A model generated the notes under the pieces. That model was not told where the DNA came from. It did no database searches and saw only the letters and a program-made list of their open reading frames with translations. Below are positions 26,511 through 34,796 of a DNA stretch of 34,796 nucleotides, piece by piece (the first letter of the stretch is position 1; each line of letters opens with the position of its first letter). Both the position numbers and the translations under genes were made by a program. Source of the stretch: Elusimicrobiota bacterium (GTDB lineage: Bacteria; CG03; SLGR01; JAGXOG01); assembly GCA_051745145.1 (NCBI GenBank), contig JBNJDT010000012.1, positions 1 to 34,796 of the forward strand. The letters are read 5' to 3'.

Positions 26511-27167
26511 TTATTCATTCCAGCCAAATTCCCCTATCAGAGGAACAAACCGGCAGCCGCCGTAATTGGCTGTTTCCAACTTATCTTCTTCTACCTTAGT
26601 ATAGACTTTAAGATCCTGCAGGAATTTACCCCCTTCGGGAATTACCAGTTTTCCGGTTACTTCAAGCTGTTTGACCAGGGGCTCGGGCACCTCAGGAGCC
26701 GCAGCGGTGACCAGTATCCCCCGGTAAGGACTAAACTCCGGCCATCCCTTTGTACCGTCCCCTTCTTTTATTTTTACCCCCTCACAGCCCGCTTTTCGAA
26801 GATTCTTTTCGGCGGAATCTTTTAATTTTCCGATCCTTTCCACCCCGTAAACTTCCGCTCCCATATAATCCAAAATAGCCGCCTGATAACCGGACCCCGT
26901 ACCTATCTCCAGAACCTTGTCCCCGGGGCTGATATCTAAAAGTTTACTCATCTGGGCCACTATAAACGGCTGGGATATAGTCTGGTTCTTTCCTATGGGC
27001 AGGGGATGGTCTTTGTAGGCGTCGCTCTTATACCGGTCGGGAACAAATTTGTGTCGGGGCACCTCCCGAAAAGCTTCCAGCAGTTTTTCACCCTTTAACC
27101 CCCGTCTTTTCAGCTGTCCCTCTACCATCTGTTCTCTTTTTTTCTTATAGTTATTCAGAGATTTCAA
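26511..27167 (-). CDS. pcm: Protein-L-isoaspartate O-methyltransferase
   Basis: VPRHKF, QTISQPFIVA, VLEIGTGSGYQAA, GDGTKGWPE, FVPLIG. Confidence 0.95.
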   Translation of the reverse strand: MKSLNNYKKKREQMVEGQLKRRGLKGEKLLEAFREVPRHKFVPDRYKSDAYKDHPLPIGKNQTISQPFIVAQMSKLLDISPGDKVLEIGTGSGYQAAILDYMGAEVYGVERIGKLKDSAEKNLRKAGCEGVKIKEGDGTKGWPEFSPYRGILVTAAAPEVPEPLVKQLEVTGKLVIPEGGKFLQDLKVYTKVEEDKLETANYGGCRFVPLIGEFGWNE

Positions 27168-27181
27168 AATTTAATTAGATA

Positions 27182-27502
27182 CTATTTTTTCTCCAATTTC
27201 ACGGCAGTTCCGTATACCAAAAGTTCCGCGGAGCCCTGCATAACCTGGGATGTTACAAACCGGATACAGACAACTCCGTCCGCTCCCAGATTTCTTGCCT
27301 CCTCCTGCATTCTATCCAAAGCCTGTTCCCTGGATTCAGCCAGCATTTTAGTGTATTCTGTAACTTCACCCCCGACCAGATTGCGAAGGCCCGCCATTAT
27401 ATCCTTGCCCACATGTCTGGCCCTTATTGTATTCCCCCTTACAATATCCAGAGTTTCTGTTATCTTTAGATCGCTAAAACTGTCCTGAGTGGTTAATTTC
27501 AT
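27182..27502 (-). CDS. YbjQ/UPF0145 family protein
   Basis: GKDIMAGLRNLVGGEVTEYT...AESREQAL...YGTAV. The second ATG (27502) follows a GGAG SD. Confidence 0.9.
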   Translation of the reverse strand: MKLTTQDSFSDLKITETLDIVRGNTIRARHVGKDIMAGLRNLVGGEVTEYTKMLAESREQALDRMQEEARNLGADGVVCIRFVTSQVMQGSAELLVYGTAVKLEKK

Positions 27503-27529
27503 TTTTTCTCCCATTTTAAAATACAGAAT

Positions 27530-27733
27530 TTACTTATCCACATTTTTGGAATAATAATCATCCTCTTCATTTTCCAATCTTTCTTTTATAACTTTTATAA
27601 GCAGAATCCCGAATCCGGCTATGCCTATAAACCCCAATATTCCCAGGGGTAAAGAATTAATAAACCCGAATACCATAGCTCCCAGCCAGAAAAGAGCTAA
27701 TATTGAAAGTAAAACATAACCTATTTTTTCCAT
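27530..27733 (-). CDS. Small two-TM membrane protein
   Basis: 67 aa, two hydrophobic helices, acidic tail EEDDYYSKNVDK; GGAG SD; co-oriented with its neighbours. Confidence 0.7.
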   Translation of the reverse strand: MEKIGYVLLSILALFWLGAMVFGFINSLPLGILGFIGIAGFGILLIKVIKERLENEEDDYYSKNVDK

Positions 27734-27747
27734 TTTTTTTCTCCCAC

Positions 27748-29223
27748 CTACATACTGGTAATATCGTCTCTGAGATCGCTCTCATTTCCCACGTTTACAT
27801 GGGTGGGAAAAAGCTGAGCCTGCTCAAGGTCTTCCCCTTCTTTTTTATCTTCATCAGATTCATCGATATCTTTTTCCGGGGCATACACCCTTATTACTTC
27901 ATATTTTAAGGGAATATCCTTTATATACTCATTGCCCTTATCCGCGCAGAACTCTCCGTTTTGGGAATCATATATCCCTATGGCCTTGACATTGTCATTA
28001 TTTCTAAAATCTTCTTTATCTTCAAAATCTATAAATTGCTGCTGCAGCCTTATATCCGTTCTGGAAATACGGGGTTCTATCCGGGAAAATTCAGAATAAT
28101 CGCTGTACTTATTTTTAAGCTCGCTCTCTAAGATATCCTTATCCACCATATCCTGGTCCACTTCTCCCACGGTATGATAAAAGTTTTCCTCTTCCATTAT
28201 CTTAGCCAGGGGCATATTCCGCCTGAGAAGCAGTTTACGCCATTTCCGGCCCAGCTTTCCTTTTTTGCCCGTTTTCCTGTACCAGCTGGTAACCCGGTGA
28301 TGGAGACCGAAATCGGTAATTTTCTTATATCTTGACAGATTTTTATGGGGATTTCCCACTCTAAGCTGTTTCATAACTTCCGGCAAAAGTTTACTGAAAG
28401 CCAGATCGTACATCTCGTTTTTCTCGTAAAGATATACATGGCGAAACATGTTAAACCTGGTCTGCAAAAATGTTCTAAAAGCCGGTAAAGCATTTTTCCG
28501 TAAAGTTAAACCGTTTTTGGTAATAATGGTATTGTCCAATAAATTCCTGTAGTTAATTTTCCCGAACTCCGTAGTTCCGCAAAAATACTGATCCCTCAGG
28601 AGAAAATCCATGGCGTCGGCAGAGTATATGCCCATCATTATTTTGGCAAACACCTGCTCCCAGAGAGAATAATCCTCAAAACTGCTGGGCATCTTTATGA
28701 ATTTAGTTATCTGTCCAGGTGAGATAGGAGCCCGGAAAGTTCCGTGCGGAGATCTCCTTAAACTTTTTATCATGGGACCCAGTTTTTCTTTAATTATGGC
28801 CCCCGAAATATCCTCGTGAGTCTTACCGTACTTGGGGTAAGTATAAGAGCTGTCCATCAGATGGCCGAAAGGCCCGTGACCGATATCATGCAAAAGTCCG
28901 GCCAGCCGGAATATCTCTTCCACGTAATTTCTCTCCTTGGGGATTTTGGCGTCCGGAAAAGCTTCTTTAAACTGCGGATAGAGGCGGTAGGCCATATCTC
29001 CGGCCAGCTGCATTGCCCCCAGGGAATGCTGAAATCTTAGATGTACGGCATTGGGATATATAAGCCAGGCGGACTGGAGCTGAAATATCTGTCTTAAGCG
29101 CTGGACCCACTCTGAGTCTATTATATCCCGTTCCGCTACTTTCTCATTTCCGGCAGGTATGGTAAAATAGATGTAATCGTGAATAACATCCCGTACGGTG
29201 CCCAGTTTTTCTTCCATCCTCAT
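27748..29223 (-). CDS. HD-domain phosphohydrolase (SAMHD1/dNTP triphosphohydrolase-like)
   Basis: RDVIHDYI, QRLRQIFQL, YPNAVHLRFQHSLG, GLLHDIGHGPFGH, DAMDFLLRD. Confidence 0.85.
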   Translation of the reverse strand: MRMEEKLGTVRDVIHDYIYFTIPAGNEKVAERDIIDSEWVQRLRQIFQLQSAWLIYPNAVHLRFQHSLGAMQLAGDMAYRLYPQFKEAFPDAKIPKERNYVEEIFRLAGLLHDIGHGPFGHLMDSSYTYPKYGKTHEDISGAIIKEKLGPMIKSLRRSPHGTFRAPISPGQITKFIKMPSSFEDYSLWEQVFAKIMMGIYSADAMDFLLRDQYFCGTTEFGKINYRNLLDNTIITKNGLTLRKNALPAFRTFLQTRFNMFRHVYLYEKNEMYDLAFSKLLPEVMKQLRVGNPHKNLSRYKKITDFGLHHRVTSWYRKTGKKGKLGRKWRKLLLRRNMPLAKIMEEENFYHTVGEVDQDMVDKDILESELKNKYSDYSEFSRIEPRISRTDIRLQQQFIDFEDKEDFRNNDNVKAIGIYDSQNGEFCADKGNEYIKDIPLKYEVIRVYAPEKDIDESDEDKKEGEDLEQAQLFPTHVNVGNESDLRDDITSM

Positions 29224-29242
29224 AAATTTATATAAATTTTTA

Positions 29243-30463
29243 TTAAGCTCCTAACTTTCCCGCCTCCTGTTTTAAAAGCCGGGCCTTATCCGTCTTTTCC
29301 CAGGGGAACTGAGCCCTGCCGAAATGTCCGTAAGCCGCTGTCTCTTTGTACCGGGGTTTCCAAAGATCCAGCATATCGATTATTCCCACCGGAGTAAGAT
29401 CAAATACATTTTTCTCCATTATTATTTTCTCAATCTGTTCATCGGGAATAACCGAAGTTCCCTCGGTGTGAATCATGACGTTCAAAGGCTGGGTAACCCC
29501 GATAGCATAGGCAATGTGCACCGTACACCTTTTAGCCAGACCGGCGGCCACCACATTCTTGGCCACATACCTGGCGGCGTAACTTGCCGAGCGGTCAACT
29601 TTTGTAGGATCCTTGCCCGAAAAAGCGCCTCCGCCGTGAGAGGCCAGTCCACCGTAAGTATCGACGATGATTTTCCTTCCGGTCATCCCCGTATCCGACT
29701 GGGGACCTCCCACTACAAATCTTCCGGTGGGATTAATTAAAAACTCAGTATCCGGGCTCAAAAGATCCCCGGGAATTACCGGTTTTATTACGTGCTTAAC
29801 TATTTTTTCTTTGGCCCCGGCGGAAATATTCCCGGAGGAGTCGACCACCGATTCATCGTGCTGGGCGGCAATTACCACCGCATCCACATCTTTAGCCACA
29901 CCGTCTTCGTAGGAGACGGTTACCTGGGATTTCCCGTCCGGTTTTAAAAATTTTAGGATTCCCTCTTTCCTTACCTCGGCCAGTTTCATAGCCAATTTAT
30001 GGGAAAGGTCCACGGGAACGGGCATAAGTTCTTCAGTTTCGTCTGTGGCGTATCCTATCATAAGCCCCTGGTCACCGGCTCCCCCCGAATCCACCCCCTG
30101 GGCAATATCCGGGGACTGTTCGTTTATGGCATTCAGGATACACAGGGATTTGTGTTCAAAACCCAAAGAGGGATCGGTATATCCTATATCTTTAACTATA
30201 TCTCTTATTATCTCTTTTACGTCTATATAGGCCCCGGTAGTAATTTCCCCTCCGACAAGGACCAGGCCGGTACTTACAAACGTCTCGCAGGCCACTCTGC
30301 TTCCCCGGGCAGAATTTTCATCCAGTTTATAGGGCGTTAAACCCTGCTTATTATCGTATTTTAAAATCTCATCCAGCAACCCGTCGGAAATCTGGTCACT
30401 GACCTTATCCGGATGTCCTTCCGTTACCGATTCGGATGTAAATGTATATGTTTTATCTTTCAT
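29243..30463 (-). CDS. metK: S-adenosylmethionine synthetase
   Basis: [46 protein letters not shown]. Confidence 0.98.
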   Translation of the reverse strand: MKDKTYTFTSESVTEGHPDKVSDQISDGLLDEILKYDNKQGLTPYKLDENSARGSRVACETFVSTGLVLVGGEITTGAYIDVKEIIRDIVKDIGYTDPSLGFEHKSLCILNAINEQSPDIAQGVDSGGAGDQGLMIGYATDETEELMPVPVDLSHKLAMKLAEVRKEGILKFLKPDGKSQVTVSYEDGVAKDVDAVVIAAQHDESVVDSSGNISAGAKEKIVKHVIKPVIPGDLLSPDTEFLINPTGRFVVGGPQSDTGMTGRKIIVDTYGGLASHGGGAFSGKDPTKVDRSASYAARYVAKNVVAAGLAKRCTVHIAYAIGVTQPLNVMIHTEGTSVIPDEQIEKIIMEKNVFDLTPVGIIDMLDLWKPRYKETAAYGHFGRAQFPWEKTDKARLLKQEAGKLGA

Positions 30464-31857
30464 ACCACTATCTGTTCTCCTTTGCTAATTAATTTTTCCG
30501 TCTTCTTTCGGCTTTCCGCTTCGGCGTATATCCTGATAAGCGGTTCCGTCCCCGAGGGCCTCAAAAGAAGCCAGCTTCCACCTTCTAAATTTATCCTGAT
30601 ACCGTCAGTTTTATCTATATTTTCCAACGGATAGTCCCACCGGGTATTTTTAACTTTATCTTCTATACTCTCCAGAATTTCTATTTTACTTAATCTGTGG
30701 TCAATTTCAACATCCGCCCGTAAATAATAACTGTCCCGGAATTCCGTCCTCACTTCATCCCAAAGCTGTTCAAACGATTTACCCCGGCGGTTCATAATTT
30801 CCAGCAGCCGGACAGCAGTATACAGTCCGTCCCTCTCGGGCAGGTAATCTCCGAAGCCTATACCCCCGCTCTCCTCGCCGGCGGCTAAAACCCCGCCTTC
30901 TATCATCAGCGGACAGATATTTTTAAAGCCTATGGGAACAACTTCGGTCTGAACTTTATACTTTTTGGCCATCTTCTCAAGTAAACCGGTACCGGCCACC
31001 GTCTTTACAATCGTGCCTTTTTTACCCTGCAAAAGCATATCATGGGCTATAACAACAAGCACCCGCTGGGCGGACATGTATTCTCCGTTACCGTTAACTA
31101 CGGCGATCCTGTCCGAATCTCCGTCGAAAGCAAACCCTATATCCGCATTTTCCGATTTTACGGTATCCCTCAAATTATCTAAAAATTTGGGTATAGGTTC
31201 AGGATGTATTCCCCCGAATAACGGGTCCCGGCCGGCATTGATTCCTATATGCCGGTAGCCTTTTTTCTCAATAATTTCTCTAAAATACGGATATCCGGTC
31301 CCGTGGAAATAGTCCACTGCCACCTTTAAATCCCCCGCCGGCAACAAACCGGTGAGCATTTTCTGATATTCATCCGTCCAGTTATTTTTTTCTACTTTTC
31401 CGGATAAATTTACCGTAGGACCATCATAGTCAATTTTATTTATACCGTCCACAATAGCATTTAAAAGTTCTTCCCTGGCCGAACCTCCGTATTTTTCTTT
31501 TATCTTAATGCCGTTGTACTCCGGGGGATTGTGGGAGGCGGTCACAGATACTCCCAGACAGTTTTTAGTATTGTGTACCCGGTAAGAGACCGCGGGAGTG
31601 GGGACCGCCGAATCAGAAAGGTCGACTTCAACCCCGCTTTTAACTAAAATCTTTCCCATAAATTCAGCAAACCGGCCGGATAAAAATCTGTTGTCATAAC
31701 CTATGCAGACCCTGTTTCCCCGGGTTTTTATATACTCTGCTATCTTAAGAGACAGTTTTCCCACATTCCGGAAGGTAAATTCCTCCCCCATAACCGCCCG
31801 CCAGCCGTCGGTTCCGAAATTTATTTTTCTTGTTTTATTTTGGTTTTTATCTGTCAT
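30460..31857 (-). CDS. Phosphoglucomutase/phosphomannomutase family protein
   Basis: FGTDGWR, TASHNP, DGDSDR, GEESGG, RPSGTEP. Confidence 0.93.
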   Translation of the reverse strand: MTDKNQNKTRKINFGTDGWRAVMGEEFTFRNVGKLSLKIAEYIKTRGNRVCIGYDNRFLSGRFAEFMGKILVKSGVEVDLSDSAVPTPAVSYRVHNTKNCLGVSVTASHNPPEYNGIKIKEKYGGSAREELLNAIVDGINKIDYDGPTVNLSGKVEKNNWTDEYQKMLTGLLPAGDLKVAVDYFHGTGYPYFREIIEKKGYRHIGINAGRDPLFGGIHPEPIPKFLDNLRDTVKSENADIGFAFDGDSDRIAVVNGNGEYMSAQRVLVVIAHDMLLQGKKGTIVKTVAGTGLLEKMAKKYKVQTEVVPIGFKNICPLMIEGGVLAAGEESGGIGFGDYLPERDGLYTAVRLLEIMNRRGKSFEQLWDEVRTEFRDSYYLRADVEIDHRLSKIEILESIEDKVKNTRWDYPLENIDKTDGIRINLEGGSWLLLRPSGTEPLIRIYAEAESRKKTEKLISKGEQIVV

Positions 31858-31866
31858 ATTACAAAA

Positions 31867-32784
31867 TCAGCGCTTCGCCCTAAAATACTCTGCCGTTTTT
31901 CCAAGTCCCTCTTTAAAATCAACTTCTGCTTTCCAGCTTAGTTCTTCTTTGGCCTTATCCACTCCCATTCTGCTCACCTGGAGTTCCCCGGCCCGGGGCG
32001 ACTCATATATAGCGTCTTTTTCATACCCGGTAATATTCTTTAATATACTGAAAAGTTCGTTTACCGACCGGGATCTGCCTGTACCTATATTGTACACCCC
32101 GGTTCCCTTTTTTAAGACTTTCAGATTGGCCCTGGCCACATCTTTTACATATACATAGTCCCGGACCTGCTTGCCGTCGCCGAATATATATACATCCTCG
32201 CCGCTCAGCATCCGGCCGGAAAATATGGCCACCACTCCCGCTTCCCCGTGAGGGTCCTGGCGGGGTCCGTAGACATTGCCGAATCTTAAAGCCGTAGTTT
32301 TAAGCCCGTAATTATCCCTGTAGAAATTAAGATAAAACTCCACCGCCAGCTTGGAATCTCCGTAGGGACTTAAAGGATCAGGATACTCCGATTCCTCCGG
32401 ATACCGCTTTGGACATTCCCCGTACATTACCCCCCCGGACGAGGCAAAAATAAATTTTTCCACTCCCGTTGCCACAGAGTTTTCAAGTAAATTTATACTC
32501 CCTAAAATATTTATGTTTGCATCCAGGGCCGGATCCTCAACGGATTTTCTGACATCCATCTGCGCGGCCAAATGGTAAACAACGTCAAATTTATGCTCTT
32601 TAAAAACTTGGGCCACTTCTTTATCCCTTATATCCATCAGGATAAATTCCGCCTCCCGGTTTACGTTTTCCTTTTTACCCGAATACAGATTATCCAGTAC
32701 CACCACATCGTGACCTTCTCTTATTAAACCGTCTGCAATATGGGAACCTATAAATCCGGCTCCGCCGGTAACTAAAATTTTCAT
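31867..32784 (-). CDS. NAD-dependent epimerase/dehydratase (UDP-glucose 4-epimerase-like)
   Basis: GGAGFIGSH, YGDSK (YxxxK), NVYGPRQDPHGEAGVV. Confidence 0.92.
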   Translation of the reverse strand: MKILVTGGAGFIGSHIADGLIREGHDVVVLDNLYSGKKENVNREAEFILMDIRDKEVAQVFKEHKFDVVYHLAAQMDVRKSVEDPALDANINILGSINLLENSVATGVEKFIFASSGGVMYGECPKRYPEESEYPDPLSPYGDSKLAVEFYLNFYRDNYGLKTTALRFGNVYGPRQDPHGEAGVVAIFSGRMLSGEDVYIFGDGKQVRDYVYVKDVARANLKVLKKGTGVYNIGTGRSRSVNELFSILKNITGYEKDAIYESPRAGELQVSRMGVDKAKEELSWKAEVDFKEGLGKTAEYFRAKR

Positions 32785-34154
32785 TAACTTGCTCCTTTCT
32801 GCAAAACCACTGCGGGAATGGTCTTAAACAATATCTTAAAGTCAAACCCCAGGGTCCAGTTTTCCAGATAATATATATCCAGCTGGATCATTTCCTCGTA
32901 TGTAAGATCCGCCCTTCCGGAAACCTGCCACAATCCGGTAATCCCGGGCAGTATATTAAGCCGCCGTTTTTCAAAATCGTTGTACTGCCTGGCCTCCCAC
33001 AGAACCTGGGGCCGGGGCCCGACCAGGGACATATCCCCTCTTAATACATTAAAAAGCTGGGGAATCTCGTCAATTGAATATTTTCTGATAACTTTTCCCA
33101 CCCGGGTTACCCTAGGATCGTCTTTCATCTTAAATGCCTTTCCGCTTCGCTCGTTTTGGTCCATTAAATCCTCAAGCAGCTCATCGGCGTTTTGAACCAT
33201 GGACCGGAACTTGTAAAACGGAAAATTTCTTCCCTTGTACCCCTTGCGCAAATGGGAATAAATAACCGGCCCTTTTGAATCTATTTTTATAAGAATTACG
33301 GTTAAAATAACAAACGGAGCCGAAAAAGTTAAAAGCATCATCGTGGCAACTATATCAAATATGCGCTTGGTATAGTAATTGGCGGGTTCAAAGAGAGGAT
33401 GTTTCAGTTTTAGTACGGGCAGACCGAAATATTCATCAAAAGATAACTCTCCCATCTTAAGTTCCACCAGGTTGGGAATCATCTTAAATTCAACATTACG
33501 GGACTCGCAGTACTGTATCAGCGATAATAAAAGCTCGCTGTCTATATCCGTACGGCTTATAATTACTTCGTCTATTTCCCTATCCCGGATTATTTTCTTA
33601 ACTTTTTCAGGATCGAATTCTTCTATATATTCTAATATGACATTTTCAAACCTTTCTGTATTTTTTAAAAAGGTCTCTTTAATTTTGCTCCCCCCTATTA
33701 CCAGAATTTTGAGTTTTGAAGCCACGGGCATCAAAATCTTCTCCTTTAAAAATCTTAAAAATATATGGACGGAAAATATAAAAATTGTAGTTAAAATAGC
33801 GGCGTACCCAATAACCAGCCGGGAATAGGAATATTCCCGGTAAACAAACGTAGCCGCTACGGTCAAAAGTATGGCCGCGCCCACCGCTTTTACGGTCTTT
33901 AAAAATTCATCCGTTTTATAGATATGTCCTTTGGCAGTAGAATAAATACCCGCCCACTTAAAGGTCCCCAGAAAAATCAATATTACAACGGGCATGGCCG
34001 TAATGTAATTATCCAAATCGGGGACTCCCTTAGTTACGGGGACTATACTGACATTGAACCGGATCCAGTAGGCCAGTAAAAAAGTGCCGTATATAACCAG
34101 GGCATCTAATATCATTTTTATAATTATGGATATGAATTTAGCTTTTTTGTTCAT
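32784..34154 (-). CDS. Polyprenyl-phosphate priming sugar transferase (WcaJ/WbaP-like)
   Basis: Four N-terminal TMs; KRIFDI, KFRSM, DDPRVTRVG, DEIPQLFNVLRGDMSLVGPRP, PGITGLWQVSGR. Confidence 0.93.
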   Translation of the reverse strand: MNKKAKFISIIIKMILDALVIYGTFLLAYWIRFNVSIVPVTKGVPDLDNYITAMPVVILIFLGTFKWAGIYSTAKGHIYKTDEFLKTVKAVGAAILLTVAATFVYREYSYSRLVIGYAAILTTIFIFSVHIFLRFLKEKILMPVASKLKILVIGGSKIKETFLKNTERFENVILEYIEEFDPEKVKKIIRDREIDEVIISRTDIDSELLLSLIQYCESRNVEFKMIPNLVELKMGELSFDEYFGLPVLKLKHPLFEPANYYTKRIFDIVATMMLLTFSAPFVILTVILIKIDSKGPVIYSHLRKGYKGRNFPFYKFRSMVQNADELLEDLMDQNERSGKAFKMKDDPRVTRVGKVIRKYSIDEIPQLFNVLRGDMSLVGPRPQVLWEARQYNDFEKRRLNILPGITGLWQVSGRADLTYEEMIQLDIYYLENWTLGFDFKILFKTIPAVVLQKGAS

Positions 34155-34211
34155 GAAATAAATTAACTTCTCTAATTTTTTCTAAATTTTTATTATATAA
34201 AATTTGTATTA

Positions 34212-34796
34212 TTAAGTAAAAAAACGGTATTTGAATAATGTCCAAATTGCGCTCAAAAAATCTTTAAACCCTATCTTTTTCCCCTCCTCGTAGGAACGTC
34301 CCTGGTAGTGGATGGGTACATTCTCAATATTTAAACCTCTGGTCAGTAATTTAGCGGTAATTTCGGGTTCTATATTAAAATTCTCTTCCTGTAAATTTAA
34401 GGATACGGCTACCCTGCGGGGAATTAATTTGTAACACGTCTCCATATCTTTTACCCGGGAGCCGTATAAAATATTGGTAAGAGCCGTCAGAAATTTATTG
34501 GCCATAAAGGATTTAAGTAAAAAATTTTTTTTACCCCTTGGAAACCGGTTTCCGTACACCGCATCGGCCCGGTTATTATCCACAGGCTCTAACAACTCAG
34601 GATAGTCATCGGGGCTGTACTCTAAATCCGCATCCTGGATAATTATATATTCCCCCGACGCCTCCCTTATCCCCCTGCGGACCGCCGATGCTTTACCCCC
34701 GTTTTTATCTTTTAAGATTACTTTTATCCCGGGGCCGTCCAGATTTTTTAATATATCCCTGGTCCCGTCCGTTGAGGCATCATCCACAACTACTAT
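34212..34796 (-). CDS. Glycosyltransferase family 2 (DPM1-like), 5'-truncated by the window
   Basis: IVVVDDASTDGT at the window edge, IIQDADLEY, DMETCYK, GRSYEEGKKI. Confidence 0.92.
   Translation of the reverse strand: MVVVDDASTDGTRDILKNLDGPGIKVILKDKNGGKASAVRRGIREASGEYIIIQDADLEYSPDDYPELLEPVDNNRADAVYGNRFPRGKKNFLLKSFMANKFLTALTNILYGSRVKDMETCYKLIPRRVAVSLNLQEENFNIEPEITAKLLTRGLNIENVPIHYQGRSYEEGKKIGFKDFLSAIWTLFKYRFFT

Overview
Bacterial chromosomal window of moderately low GC; the gene families suggest Elusimicrobiota or a similar diderm lineage (inference only). Left part (1-14863): an envelope and signalling region with three modules, each a secreted protein with a T9SS-like C-terminal sorting domain followed by a PorV/PorQ-family beta-barrel. 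Two barrels are fused to TPRs and are followed by two-component proteins: a HAMP kinase, a REC-GAF-PAS kinase and a TPR-TM-REC-HEAT protein. The third module is inverted and sits under a c-di-GMP-I riboswitch. Right part (14891-34796): a minus-strand run of rnr, a DEDDh exonuclease, a transglutaminase-like protein, dinB, a DUF362/ferredoxin protein, larC-larB-larE, apt, a sigma70 factor, a LysM/M23 lipoprotein, acyP, pcm, YbjQ, an HD hydrolase, metK, a phosphomutase, an epimerase, a priming glycosyltransferase and a GT2. Best candidates for new biology: (i) larEBC with no larA, coupled to a DUF362 Fe-S protein that keeps the H-x9-K-x15-H spacing of LarA's NPN-binding residues; (ii) the repeated cargo/PorV-TPR/kinase modules. 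No rRNA, tRNA, CRISPR array or transposase was recognised.
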